A stretch of 64,000 nucleotides of DNA from Malacoraja senta (taxonomy: Eukaryota): the NCBI GenBank assembly GCA_038087875.1, contig JAXLNO010000385.1, forward strand, positions 310,001-374,000, given 5' to 3'. A model generated the notes under the pieces. The model did not search any database. It was not told where the DNA came from and saw only the letters and a list, made by a program, of their open reading frames with translations. Position numbers and translations under genes: made by a program. Shown here one piece after another: positions 40,767-55,900 of the stretch (position 1 is the first letter of the stretch; every line of letters starts with the position of its first letter).

Positions 40767-41227
40767 GAACCTGCGTCTCCGGAACTGTGTGACACCGGCA
40801 GTCAGGCACGGAAATCGCTATCAAAACATGGCGGGGGGGGGGACGGTGACATCGGAAGCTGACCTGGTTGGTGACCGACTCCAGCAACAGCAGCTTCGTC
40901 CGCCCCGGGGAGCTCGGGGACGTCTCTTAGCGGCTCGTACCGATAACGGCAGGTACTCGGGAAACGCGGTAAGCTCGTGAAGACTCGTGAAGATTTTTCA
41001 ACACGTTGAAACGAGAAGAAAACATATAGCACATTTACAATCAAGTCTCGTTGACCAAAGTGCTGTAGACCAGAGCAGATACTAATGTGCTACATACAAT
41101 GGTACACAGAGCTAACAATACATACACAAACTGTTTACAGCGCTCCCTCAGAGGGCCTCAAAAACGCTATTGGGTGGAAATAGGTGTTGAGCCTCGATTT
41201 AAAGAAGTCGATAGAGGGGGTAGTTCT
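40767..41227. repeat. Gene-less junction fragment of the GPCR duplicon
   Basis: 40767-40904 matches 33863-34008, and 40909-41227 matches 31768-32085. Confidence 0.85.
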
Positions 41228-41400
41228 TTTTTTGTATTTTTTTTTTAATTTTTATTTATTAGAAGTACATTACATTACAACCAATTACATTAGTACTCAT
41301 CACGTATATCTTATTACAATTAATGTACTCCGTCATTTTTTTACACTGATAAAAGGGAAAGGTTGAGATTAAGGAAAATAGTGAAGGTGTAAAAACGTGA
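41228..41400 (-). mobile_element. L1-like 3' tail
   Basis: Poly(T) then tttatttattagaagta, the reverse complement of the L1 end at 37634-37650. Confidence 0.65.
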
Positions 41401-41471
41401 CAGGGTGGGGAATGTGTGCAGGCAGAGGCTGGCAGGCAGAGAGAGAGTGTGAGAGAGAGAGGCAGGCACCC

Positions 41472-41536
<65 letters not shown>

Positions 41537-41976
41537 ACACAAACACACACACACCCTGAGCCTAGTGACCAGGGACGTTTATATGCCCCGCGAACTCGAG
41601 GGCCGAACCACACGGGGTTTGTCTCTTAATCACCCGTTTACAAATATCGATTAACCCCATACATAACATGCATTTCCCTAACCCAATGATACAACAATGC
41701 AAGACATTGTATTCACAACGTACTTCAAGATGAAGTCAACTTGGAAACATTTACCCTGATGAACAGAACTCTCAGACAAGGCTCAACACCCCATCCAATC
41801 AACACTTAGCAGAGTCAGACTCTGCAACATTACTTACAACCTATTTACAAGGTGAATGTCCAGGTTTGCAGCCATCCAATCCATTATATGCATTTGACAG
41901 GATTTGCAAGGCTTCCCATTCTTTGCATGCAAATTGTATCTAAGTTCCAGACTTCCAGGCATCTCTCGCAGCCTGT

Positions 41977-42176
41977 NNNNNNNNNNNNNNNNNNNNNNNN
42001 NNNNNNNNNNNNNNNNNNNNNNNNNNNNNNNNNNNNNNNNNNNNNNNNNNNNNNNNNNNNNNNNNNNNNNNNNNNNNNNNNNNNNNNNNNNNNNNNNNNN
42101 NNNNNNNNNNNNNNNNNNNNNNNNNNNNNNNNNNNNNNNNNNNNNNNNNNNNNNNNNNNNNNNNNNNNNNNNNNNN
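41977..42176. other. Assembly gap (200 N)
   Basis: Run of N. Confidence 1.
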
Positions 42177-42414
42177 GTGAATGTCCAGGTTTGCAGCCAT
42201 CCAGTCCATTATATGCATTTGACAGGATTTGCAAGGCTTCCCATTCTTTGCATGCAAATTGTATCTAAGTTCCAGACTTCCAGGCATCTCTCGCAGCCTG
42301 TCCTGTCCCAGAGAGCTCTTCCAATTTGATCAAATCTCCCAGCAACCCACATTTTGAAGTCCAAACACTCTTCTCCTCAGACGGCCAAAGGTTGTGCAGG
42401 TGGACTGAAGGTGT

Positions 42415-42449
<35 letters not shown>

Positions 42450-42528
42450 TTAGGGTGCCTGCCTCTCTCTCTCCTGCTCTCTCTCTGTCACTCTCCCCCT
42501 GTCTCCTCCTCTCTGTCTCTCCCTCCAT

Positions 42529-42858
42529 CCAGTGTCCAGCGGCCGGAGAAGCCAGTGTCCAGCAGCCGGAGAAGCCAGTGTCAAGCGGCTGGAGAAGCCA
42601 GTGTCAAGCGGCCGGAGAAGCCAGTGTCCAGCGGCCGGAGAAGCCAGTGTCAAGCGGCCGGAGAAGCCAGTGTCAAGCGGCCGGAGAAGCCAGTGTCAAG
42701 CGGCCGGAGAAGCCAGTGTCCAGCAGCCGGAGAAGCCAGTGTCAAGCGGCCGGAGAAGCCAGTGTCAAGCGGCCGGAGAAGCCAGTGTCAAGTGGCCGGA
42801 GAAGCCAGTGTCAAGCGGCCGGAGGAGCCAGTGTCCAGCGGTCGGAGAAGCCAGTGTC
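42529..42858. repeat. 23-bp minisatellite (gccagtgtcaagcggccggagaa)n
   Basis: About 14 tandem units, same monomer as 49949-57140. Confidence 0.95.
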
Positions 42859-43004
42859 CCGAGAGGAGAACCCGAGAGCCGAACGCAGACCCGAGCCGAG
42901 CCGGAGAGCCGGACAAATCTACACAAGATCAGGAAATCGAAACTGAAAGCCTCACCACAACTCCAGAAATCTACAGCTTCTTTACCATAAGGCATGAAGC
43001 TGTG

Positions 43005-43370
<366 letters not shown>

Positions 43371-43730
43371 GCTGGGGATTGAAATATCCCTGTATCTATC
43401 AGAAAAATAATATATTTTACTATATTCTAATATATATTTATCAAAGATTGATTGATTGATAGATAGATAGATATGGAGGAATATTGCCCAAAACAGGGGA
43501 GTGAGTCTGTGTGAGCGAGAGAGAGAGAGAGAGAGAGAGAAGGGGGAAAGTGCAGAGAATCAATTTTTGAAAATGTTCCTCTTTTTCAACTCTACAGATC
43601 GAAAGAATGAAGGAGGATAAAGGAACTTGATAGCCAATCCTGGATCTCACAGGCAATAAAGGCAGAATTAGACTGCGGTCAGTGAGTGAGTGAGTAAGTA
43701 AAAACACACAGTACAGTCACACACACACAT

Positions 43731-46700
43731 ATAACCATTACAGGGCGGAAACAGGCCATCGGGCCCTTCAAGTCCATGCTGAACACTTTTTTTTCTTTCT
43801 TTTTTTCCCTTCTTTCTTTTTTCTTCCCTCCCCCTAGTCCCATCTACCTGCACTCAGACCATAACCCTCCATTCCTTTCCCATCCATATACCCATCCAAT
43901 CTATTTTTAAAGGATAAAATCGAACCTGCCTCCACCACTTCCACTGGAAGCTCATTCCACACAGCTACCACTCTCTGAGTAAAAATGTTCCCCCTAATGT
44001 TACCCCTAAACTTCTGTCCCTTAATTCTCAAGACATGTCCCCTTGTTTGAATCTTCCCTACACTCAATGGGAAAAGGTTATCCACGTCAACTCTGTCTAA
44101 CGCGCTCATCATTTTAAAGACCTCTATCAAGTCCCCCTTAACCTTCTGCGCTCCAAAGAATAAAGACCTAACTTGTTCAACCTTTCTCTGTAACTTAGTT
44201 GCTGAAACCCAGGCAACATTCTAGTAAATCTCCTCTGTACTCTCTCTATTTTGTTGACATCCTTCCTATAATTAGGCGACCAAAATTGTACTGCATTCTC
44301 CAGAATTGGCCTCACCAATGCCTTGTACAATTTAAACATTACATCCCAACTTCTATATTCAATGCTCTGATTTATAAAGGCCAGCACACCAAAAGCTTTC
44401 TTTACCACCCTATCTACATGAGATTCCACCTTCAGGGAACTATGCACAGTTATTCCTAGATCCCTCTGTTCAACTGCATTCCTCAATTCGCTACCATTTA
44501 CCATGTACGTCCTATTTTGATTTGTCCTGCCGAGATGTAGCACTTCACATTTATCAGCATTAAAGTCCATCTGCCATCTTTCAGCCCACTCTTCCAAATG
44601 GCCTAAATCTCTCTGTAGACTTTGAAAATCTACTTCATTATCCACAACACCAACCACCTATCTTAGGAGCATCTGCATACTTACTAATCCAATTTTCCAC
44701 ACCATCATCCAGATCATTGATGTACATGACAAACAACAGTGGACCCAACACAGACAGACCCCTGAGGCACCCCCCACTAGTCACCGGCCTCCAACCTGAC
44801 AAACAGCCATCCACCATTACTCTCTGGCATCTCCCATTCAGCCACTGTTGAATCCATCTTGCTACTCCACCATTAATACCCACCAATTGAATCTTCTTAA
44901 GCAACCTTCCATGAGGAACCTTGTCAAAGGCCTTACTGAAGTCCATATAGACAACATCCACTGCTTTACCCTCATCAATTTCACTAGTAACCTCTTGGAA
45001 AAATTCAAGAAGATTAGTCAAACATGACCTTCCAGGCACAAATCCATGTTGACTGTTCCTAATCAGACCCTGCTTATCCAGATGCTTATATATATTATCT
45101 CTAAGTATCCTTTCCATTAATTTGCCGACCACTGACGTCAAACTAACAAGTCTATAATTGCTAGGTTTACTCTTAGAACCCTTTTTAAACAACGGAACAA
45201 CAACAACATGCGCAGTACGCCAATCCTCCGTCACTATTCCCGTTTTTAATGACATTTGAAATATTTCTGTCATAGCCCCTGCTATTTCTACACTAACTTC
45301 CCTCAATGTCCTAGGGAATATCCTGTGAGGACCTGGAGACTTATCCGTTTTCATATTTTTGCAAAAGAGTCTGCACCTCCTCTTCTTTGAATCTCATAGT
45401 TTCCATTGCTACTCTGCTTGTTTCCCTTACCTCACATAATTCAATATCCTTCTCCTTGATGAATACCGAAGAAAAGAAATTGTTCAATATCTCCCCATCT
45501 CTTTTGGCTCTGCAGATAGCTGTCCACTCTCACTCTCTAATGGACCAATGTTATTCCTTGTTATCCTTTTGTTATTAATATAGCTGTAGAAACCCTTTGG
45601 ATTTACTTTCACCTTACTTGCCAAAGCAACCTCATATCTTCTTTTAGCTTTTCTAATTTCTTTCTTAATATTCTTTTTACATTCTTTATACTCCTCAAGC
45701 ACCTCATTTACTCCATGCCTGCCTATAATTATTGTAGATCTCTCTCTTTTTCCGAAACCAAGTGTCCAATTTCCCTTGAAAAACCATGGCTCTTTCCAAT
45801 TTTTACTATTTCCTTTCAACCGAACAGTGACATAAAGATTCTGTACTCTTAAAATGTCACCTTTAAATGTCCTCCATTTCTCTTCTACATCCTTCCCATA
45901 AAACAACATGTTCCAATTCACTCCTTTCAATCCTTTCGCATCCCCTCAAAGTTAGCCTTTCTCCAATCAAAAATCTCAACCCCAGGTCCAGTTCTCACCC
46001 TCTCCATAATTATATTGAAACTAATGGTATTGTGATCACTGGACCCGAAGTGCTCCCCAACGCATACCTCTGCCAACTGCCCTGTCTCATTTCCTAAGGA
46101 GGTCCAGCACTGCCCTTTCTCTAGTAGGTACCTCTATGTATTGCTGCAAAAACTATCCTGCACACATTTTACAAACTCCAAACCATCCAGCCCTTTTACA
46201 GAATGTGTTTCCCAGTCTATGTGTGGAAAATTGTAATCTCCCACAATCACTACCTTGTGCTTACTACTAATATCTGCTATCTCCTTACATATTTGCTCTT
46301 CCAATTCTCGCTCCACATTTGGCGGTCTATAATACACCCCTATAAGTGTTGCTACACCTTTCCCATTTCTCAGTTCCACCCAAATAGCCTCCCTAGATGA
46401 GCCCTCTAATCTATCCTGCCAAAGCACTGATGTAATATCTTCCTTGACAAGCAATGCAACACCCCCACCTCTTGCCCCTCCAATTCTATCACCCCTGAAG
46501 CAACGAAATCCTGGAATTTAGTTTCCAATCACAGCCCTCCTGCAACCATCTTTCACTGATCGCCACAACATCATTCCAGGTGTCAATCCAGGCTTGAAGC
46601 TCATCCACCTTTCTTACAATGCTCCTAACTTTAAAATATACACATTTAAGAAACCCACCACCACATATTCTCTGTTTATTATCTTTTTCTTCTTTCTCCC

Positions 46701-47295
46701 CTACATTTTGGGTCCGAGTGCTTCCCTTCTCTGCCTCCTGCCTCCCACATATTCTACTAGCTTTCTCTATTTGAGTCCCTCACCCCAACCGTTCTAGTTT
46801 AAAGTCTCCCCAATAGCCTTTGCAAATCTCCCCGCCAAGATATTTTATCCCTCTCGGGTTCAAGTGCCACCCGTCCTTTCTGTACAGGTCACACTTTCCC
46901 CAAAAGAGGTCCCAAAGATCCAGAAATTTGAAACCCTGCCCGCTGCACCAGTTCCTCAGCCATGCATTTATCCTCCACCTCATTCCATTCCTACTGTGGC
47001 GTGGCACAGGTAGTAATCCTGAGATTGTTACCTTTGCGGTCCTTCTCCTTAACTCTCCTCCCAAATCCCTAAATTCTCTTTTCAGGACATCTTCTCTTTT
47101 TCTGCCTTTGTCATTGGTACCTATATGTACCACGACCTCAGGCTCCTCTCCCTCCGATTTCAGGATATCTTGGACGCGTTCAGACACATCCCTGACCCTG
47201 GCACCAGGGAGGCAAACTACCCACCGGGTCTCCTGACTGCGTCCACAGAATCGCCTATCCGACCCCCTAACCATAGAGTCCCCTATTACTTCCAC
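43731..47295 (-). mobile_element. Near full-length CR1 LINE with SGNH-esterase ORF1 and disrupted ORF2
   Basis: ORF1 46780-47295 VIGDSMVRG/CLPGA/HIGTND/DGWHLN. ORF2 fragments at 46134-46454, 45484-45930, 44638-45354, 44127-44657 and 43834-44130. Confidence 0.95.
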
Positions 47296-47772
47296 TTTTA
47301 ATTTTAATCTTCCAATTCCAATCTTCCTCTTTTTATTTGTCTACAGATCTCAAGAATGAAGGAAGGAGGATAAAGGAGCTTGGATACTCGATCCTGGATC
47401 TCACAGGCAGACAGGCAATGAAGGGAGAATTCTGGTGAGGTGAGTAAAAACACACTCACACTCACACACACACACACACAGTCCTAAACAGGGTGGGGAA
47501 TGTGTGCAGGCAGGCAGGCAATGAAGAGAGGAAAAATACTGTGTGTGGTGAGGTTTAATACTTACAGAGGGTGAAACTACAAGTGGCAGAGCGAGGAGAG
47601 AGAGAGAGAGAGCATTTTTGCCGTTTTTCCCACTGTGGGAAAGTGCGGTGAGGTGAGGTGAGGTGAGCGAGTACATACAGGGGGGGGAAACTACAAGAGG
47701 GAGATATTTTGACTTTTTTCCTCTTTATTTTTCTATAGATCGGAACAATGAAGGAGGATATATGAGCAGGCG

Positions 47773-47804
<32 letters not shown>

Positions 47805-48106
47805 GGAAAACAAAGAATTTTGCTCTGAAAATGGAGTCAAGTTGTATTAAAGTGTGTCTTCCAATGAAATAAAAATAAATTCATCAAATCAAACACTTGA
47901 TTCTTATGATGATTATGATCATCACACACTGAGGCTTGAGGGCCATTAAATGCCTGATGAGCCTTAGGGACACCTCCTGGTCTACTCCAGATGACTGATG
48001 GGCCGAGGAGACACTTTAAAATAAAAGTTATAGAAATTCTGTGGAATCTGAGTGAAGTGAGAAGTGAGTGGACCCCCCCCCCCTCTCTCTGTTTCTCTCT
48101 CTCTCG

Positions 48107-48160
<54 letters not shown>

Positions 48161-48543
48161 CTCTCTCTCTCTATCTCTGTCTCTCTCTATCTCTGTCTCT
48201 CTCTATCTCTCTGTCTCTCTCTCTCTCTCTCGGGATTGAATGACCCTTGTGCAACACAGAATGTGTGGAGGCTCGCGATTCTAGGGTGGCTGAACGAGAG
48301 GGGGTTCAATTGACGGGTGGATTTGATTGTGTGTGTGTGTGTACAACTAAGAACACTCTGATCTAATTTTGAAACAATGTATGAACTTGACCGAGGGACT
48401 TGTCAATGTTTGGCCTGTACAGCTGGTCCACAGGTCGAAGGCAGGTCGAATCCAAGACCAAGATCGGTGGGTGGGTGGGTGGGTGCTGCAGCCTTTGCTG
48501 TTTATTTTATATTTTCATGGCTTGGATGTGAATGTAGGAGGTT

Positions 48544-49835
<1,292 letters not shown>

Positions 49836-49948
49836 GAGAGAGAGAGAGATAGAGAGAGAGAGAGATTAGGGTGCCTGCCTCTCTCTCTCCATCTCTGTCA
49901 CTTTCTCTCTGTCACTCTCCCCCTGTCTCCTCTCTGTCTCTCCCTCCA

Positions 49949-52900
49949 GCCAGTGTCCAGCGACCGGAGAAGCCAGTGTCCAGCGGCCGTAGTTGCCAGT
50001 GTCCAGCGGCTGGAGTAGCCAGTGTCCAGTGGCCGGAGAAGCCAGTGTCCAGCGGCTGGAGTAGCCAGTGTATCCAGTGTCCAGCGGCCGGAGAAGCCAG
50101 TGTGCAGCGGTCGGAAAAGCCAGTGTCCAGCGGCCTGAGTAGCCAGTGTCCAGCGGCCGGAGTAGCCAGTGTCCAGTGGCTGGAGAAGCCAGTATCCAGC
50201 GGCCGGAGTAGCCAGTCTCCAGCGGCCGGAGATGTCAGTATCCAGCGCATGATGTAGCCAGTGTCCAGTGGCCGGAGAAGCCAGTATCCAGCGGACGAAG
50301 TAGCCAGTGTCCAGTGGCTGGAGAAGCCAGTGTCCACTGCCGGAGAATCCAGTGTCCAGCGGCTGCAGTAACCAGTGTAGCCAGTGTCCAGCGGCCGGAG
50401 AAGCCAGAGTCCAGCAGCCGGAGAAGCCAGTGTCCAGCGGTCGGAGTAGCCAGAGTCCAGCGGACGGAGTAGCCAGTGTCCAGTGGCCGGAGACGCCAGT
50501 GTCCAGCAGCCAGAGAAGCCAGTGTCCAGTGCCCGGAGAAGCCAGTGTCCAGCGGCCAGAGTAGGCAGTGTCCAGTGGCCGGAGATGCCAGTGTCCAGCG
50601 GCCGGAGTAGCCAGTGTCCAGCGGCTGGAGTAGCCAGTGTAGTCAGTGTCCGGTGGCCGAAGAAGCCAGTGTCCAGTGGCCGGAGTAGCCAGTGTCCAGC
50701 GGACGGATAGCCAGTGTCCAGCGGCCGGAGAAGCCAGTGTCCAGCAACCAGAGAAGCCAGTGTCCAGTGGCCGTAGAAGCCCGCGTCCAGCAGCCGGAGT
50801 AGCCAGTGTCTAGCGGTCGGAGAAGCCAGTGTCCAGCGGCCGGAGTAGCCAGTGTCCAGCTGCTGGAGTAGCCAGTGTAGCCAGTCCGGTGGCCGAAGAA
50901 CCCAGTGTCCAGCGGCCGGAGAAGCCAGTGTCCAGCGGCTGGAGCAGCCAGTGTCCAGCGGCCGGGGAAGCCAGTGTCCTGCGGCCAGAGAAGCCAGTGT
51001 CCAGCGGCCGGAGAAGCCAGTGTCCAGCGGCCGCAGTAGCCAGTGTCCAGCGGCCGCAGAAGCCAGTGTCCAGCGGCCGGAGAAACCAGTGTCCAGCGGC
51101 TGGAGTAGCCAGTGTAGCCAGTGTCCAGCGGCCGTAGCCAGTGTCCAGTGGCCGAAGTAGCCAGTGTCCAGACGCCGGAGAAGCCAGTGTCCAGCGGCCG
51201 GAAAAGCCAGTGTCCCGCGGCGAGTGTCCAGTGGCAGAAGTAGCCAGTGTCCGGTGGCCAAGTAGCCAGTGGCTCCTCTGGCCGCTGGACACTGGCTCCG
51301 GCCACTGGCTTCTCCAGATACTGGACACTGGCTACTCCGGCCGCTGGACACTGGCTTCTCAGGCGACTGGACACTTGCTTCTCCGGTCGCTGGACAGTGG
51401 CTACAGTGGCTACTCCAGCCGCTGGACATTGGATGCACAGACATGATTCCAACATGCCTGTTTGAATTTGAGCTGTTTTTTAAATTTATTTTAGTGACCC
51501 TTCGGCCCAGCGGCTGGAGTAACCAGTGTCCAGCGGCCGTAGCCAGTGTCCAGAGGCCGAAGTAGCCAGTGTCCAGACGCCGGAGAAGCCAGTGTCCAGC
51601 GGCCGGAGAAGCCAGTGTCCAGCGGCGAGTGTCCAGTGGCAGAAGTAGCCAGTGTCCGGTGGCCAACGAAGCCAGTAGCCAGTGGCTCCTCCGGCCGCTG
51701 GATACTGGCTCCGGTCACTGGCTTCTCCAGATACTGGACATTGGCTACTCCGGCCGCTGTACACTGGCTTCTCAGGCGACTGGACTGGCTTCTCTGGCCG
51801 CTGGACACTGGCTTCTCCGGCCGCTGGACACTGGCTTCTCCGGTCGCTGGACACTGGCTACTCCGGCCGCTGGACACTGGCTGCTCTGGTCGTTGGACAC
51901 TGGCTACTCCGGCCACTGGACACTGGCTTCTCCGGCCACTGGACACTGGCTTCTCCGGCCGCTGGACACTGGCACCTCTGGCCGCTAGACACTGGATTAT
52001 CCGGCCGCTGGACACTGGCTACTCCGGCCGCTGGACACTGGCTACTCTGGCCGCTGGCATCTCCGGCCGCCGGACACTGGCTTCTCCGGCCGCTGGACAC
52101 TGGCTTCTCTGGCCGCTAGACACTGGCTTCTCCGGCCACTGTACAATGGCTTCGCCGGCCGCTGGACACTGGCTACTCTGGCCGCTGGCCATTGGATTCA
52201 CAGATAGGATTCCATCATGCCTGTTTGAATTTGAGCTGTTTTTAAAATTTATTTTAGTGTCCCTTCGGCCCAGCGGCTGGAGTAGCCAGTGTAGCCAGTG
52301 TCCAGCGTCCGTAGCCAGTGTCCAGAGGCCGAAGTAGCCAGTGTCCAGACGCCGGAGAAACCAGTGTCCAGCGGCCGGAGAAGCCAGTGTCCAGTGGCAG
52401 AAGTAGCCAGTGTCCGGTGGCCAAAGAAGCCAGTAGCCAGTGGCTCCTCCGGCCGCTGGACACTGGCTCCGGCCACTGGCTTCTCCAGATACTGGACACT
52501 GGCTACTCCGGCCGCTGGACACTGGCTTATCAGGCGGCTGGACACTGGCTTCTCTGGCCGCTGGACACTGGCTTCTCCGGCCATGGACAGTGGCTACTCC
52601 GGCCGCTGGACACTGGCTGCTCTGGTCGTTGGACACTGGCTACTCCGGCCACTGGACACTGGCTTCTCCGGACGCTGGACACTGGCTTCTCTGGCCGCTA
52701 GACATTGGCTTCTCCGACCGCTGGACACTGGCGTCTCCGGCCGCTGGACACTGGCTACTCCGGCCGCTGGACACTGGCTACTCTGGCTGCTGGCATCTCC
52801 GGCCGCCGGACACTGGCTTCTCCGGCCGCTGGACACTGGCTACAGTGGCTACTCCAGCCGCTGGACACTGGCTTCTCCGGCCGCTGGACACTGGCTACTC

Positions 52901-55900
52901 CGGCCGCTGGACACTGGCTTCTCCGGCCACTGTACAATGGCTTCGCCGGCCGCTGCACACTGGCTACTCTGGCCGCTGGCCATTGGATTCACAGACAGGA
53001 TTCCATCATGCCTGTTTGAATTTGAGCTGTTTTTTAAATTTATTTTAGTGTCCCATCGGCCCAGCGGCTGGAGTAGCCAGTGTAGCCAGTGTCCAGCGGC
53101 CGTAGCCAGTGTCCAGAGGCCGAAGTAGCCAGTGCCCAGACGCCGGAGAAGCCAGTGTCCAACGGCCGGAGAAGCCAGTGTCCAGCGGCGAGTGTCCAGT
53201 GGCAGAAGTAGCCAGTGTCCGGTGGCCAAAGAAGCCAGTTGCCAGTGGCTGCTCCGGCCGCTGGACACTGGGTCCGGCCACTGGCTTCTCCAGATACTGG
53301 ACACTGGCTACTCCGGCCGCTGGACACTGGCTTATCAGGCGACTGGACACTGGCTTCTCTGGCCGCTGGACACTGGCTTCTCCGGCCGCTGGACTGGCTT
53401 CTCCGGCCGCTGGACACTGGCTACTCCGGCTGCTGGACACTGGCTGCTCTGGTAGTTGGACACTGGCTACTCCGGCCACTGGACACTGGCTTCTCCGGCC
53501 ACTGGACACTGGCTTCTCCGGCCACTGGACACTGGCTTCGCCGGCCGCTGGACACTGGCTTCTCTGGCCGCTAGACACGGGCTTCTCCGCCCGCTGGACA
53601 CTGGCTTCTCCGGCCGCTTGCTACTCCGGCCGCTGGACACTGGCTACTCTGGCCGCTGGCATCTCCGGCCGCCGGACACTGGCTTCTCCGGCCGCTGGAC
53701 ACTGGCTACAGTGGATACTCCAGCCGCTGGACACTGGCTTCTCCGGCCGCTGGACACTGGCTACTCCGGCCGCTGGACACTGGCTTCTCCGGCCACTGTA
53801 CAATGGCTTCGCCGGCCGCGCGACACTGGCTACTCTGGCCGCTGGCCATTGGATTCCCAGACATGATTCCAACATGCCTGTTTGAATTTGAGCTGTTTTT
53901 TAAATTTATTTTAGTGTCCCTTCGGCCCAGCGGCTGGAGTAACCAGTGTAGCCAGTGTCCAGCGGCCATAGCCAGTGTCCAGAGGCCGAAGTAGCCAGTG
54001 TCCAGACGCCGGAGAAGCCAGTGTCCAGCGGCCGGAGAAGCCAGTGTCCAGCGGCGAGTGTCCAGTGGCAGAAGTAGCCAGTGTCCGGTGGCCAACTAAG
54101 CCAGTAGCCAGTGGCTCCTCCGGCCGCTGGATACTGGCTCCGGTCACTGGCTTCTCCAGATACTGGACATTGGCTACTCCGGCCGCTGTACACTGGCTTC
54201 TCAGGCGACTGGACTGGCTTCTCTGGCCGCTGGACACTGGCTTCTCCGGCCGCTGGACACTGGCTTCTCCGGCCGCTGGACACTGGCTACTCCGGCCGCT
54301 GGACACTGGCTGCTCTGGTCGTTGGACACTGACTACTCCGGCCACTGGACACTGGCTTTTCCGGCCACTGGACACTGGCTTCTCCGGCCGCTGGACACTG
54401 GCATCTCTGGCCGCTATACACTGGCTTATCCGGCCGCTGGACACTGGCTTCTCCGGCCGCTGGACACTGGCTTCTCCGGCCGCTGGACACTGGCTTCTCT
54501 GGCCGCCAGACACTGGCTTCTCCGGCCACTGTACAATGGCTTCGCCGGCCGCTGGACACTGGCTACTCTGGCCGCTGGCCATTGGATTCACAGACAGGAT
54601 TCCATCATGCCTGTTTGAATTTGAGCTGTTTTTTTAAATTTATTTTAGTGTCCCTTCGGCCCAGCGGCTGGAGTAGCCAGTGTAGCCAGTGTCCAGCGTC
54701 CGTAGCCAGTGTCCAGAGGCCGAAGTAGCCAGTGTCCAGACGCCGGAGAAGCCAGTGTCCAGCGGCCGGAGAAGCCAGTGTCCAGTGACAGAAGTAGCCA
54801 GTGTCCGGTGGCCAAAGAAACCAGTAGCCAGTGGCTCCTCCGGCCGCTGGACACTGGCTCCGGCCACTGGCTTCTCCAGATACTGGACACTGGCTACTCC
54901 GGCCGCTGGACACTGGCTTATCAGGCGGCTGGACACTGGCTTCTCTGGCCGCTGGACACTGGCTTCTCCGGCCATGGACAGTGGCTACTCCGGCCGCTGG
55001 ACACTGGCTGCTCTGGTCGTTGGACACTGGCTACTCCGGCCACTGGACACTGGCTTCTCCGGACGCTGGACACTGGCTTCTCTGGCCGCTAGACATTGGC
55101 TTCTCCGACCGCTGGACACTGGCGTCTCCGGCCGCTGGACACTGGCTACTCCGGCCGCTGGACACTGGCTACTCTGGCCGCTGGCATCTCCGGCCGCCGG
55201 ACACTGGCTTCTCCGGCCGCTGGACACTGGCTACAGTGGCTACTCCAGCCGCTGGACACTGGCTTCTCCGGCCGCTGGACACTGGCTACTCCGGCCGCTG
55301 GACACTGGCTTCTCCGGCCACTGTACAATGGCTTCGCCGGCCGCTGCACACTGGCTACTCTGGCCGCTGGCCATTGGATTCACAGACAGGATTCCATCAT
55401 GCCTGTTTGAATTTGAGCTGTTTTTTTAAATTTATTTTAGTGTCCCATCGGCCCAGCGGCTGGAGTAGCCAGTGTAGCCAGTGTCCAGCGGCCGTAGCCA
55501 GTGTCCAGAGGCCGAAGTAGCCAGTGTCCAGACGCCGGAGAAGCCAGTGTCCAACGGCCGGAGAAGCCAGTGTCCAGCGGCGAGTGTCCAGTGGCAGAAG
55601 TAGCCAGTGTCCGGTGGCCAAAGAAGCCAGTTGCCAGTGGCTCCTCCGGCCGCTGGACACTGGGTCGGGCCACTGGCTTCTCCAGATACTGGACACTGGC
55701 TACTCCGGTCGCTGGACACTGGCTTCTCAGGCGACTGGACACTGGCTTCTCTGGCCGCTGGACACTGGCTACTCCGGCCGCTGGACACTGGCTTATCAGG
55801 CGGCTGGACACTGGCTTCTCTGGCCGCTGGACACTGGCTTCTCCGGCCATGGACAGTGGCTACTCCGGCCGCTGGACACTGGCTGCTCTGGTCGTTGGAC

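Noticed and set aside
42177..42420. Possible exon on the minus strand
   Set aside because: Only a TFGRLRRRVF motif suggestive of a decayed RTE LINE; too weak to call.
46780..47295. SGNH/GDSL esterase as a host gene
   Set aside because: It is the known esterase domain of CR1 ORF1, directly upstream of ORF2.
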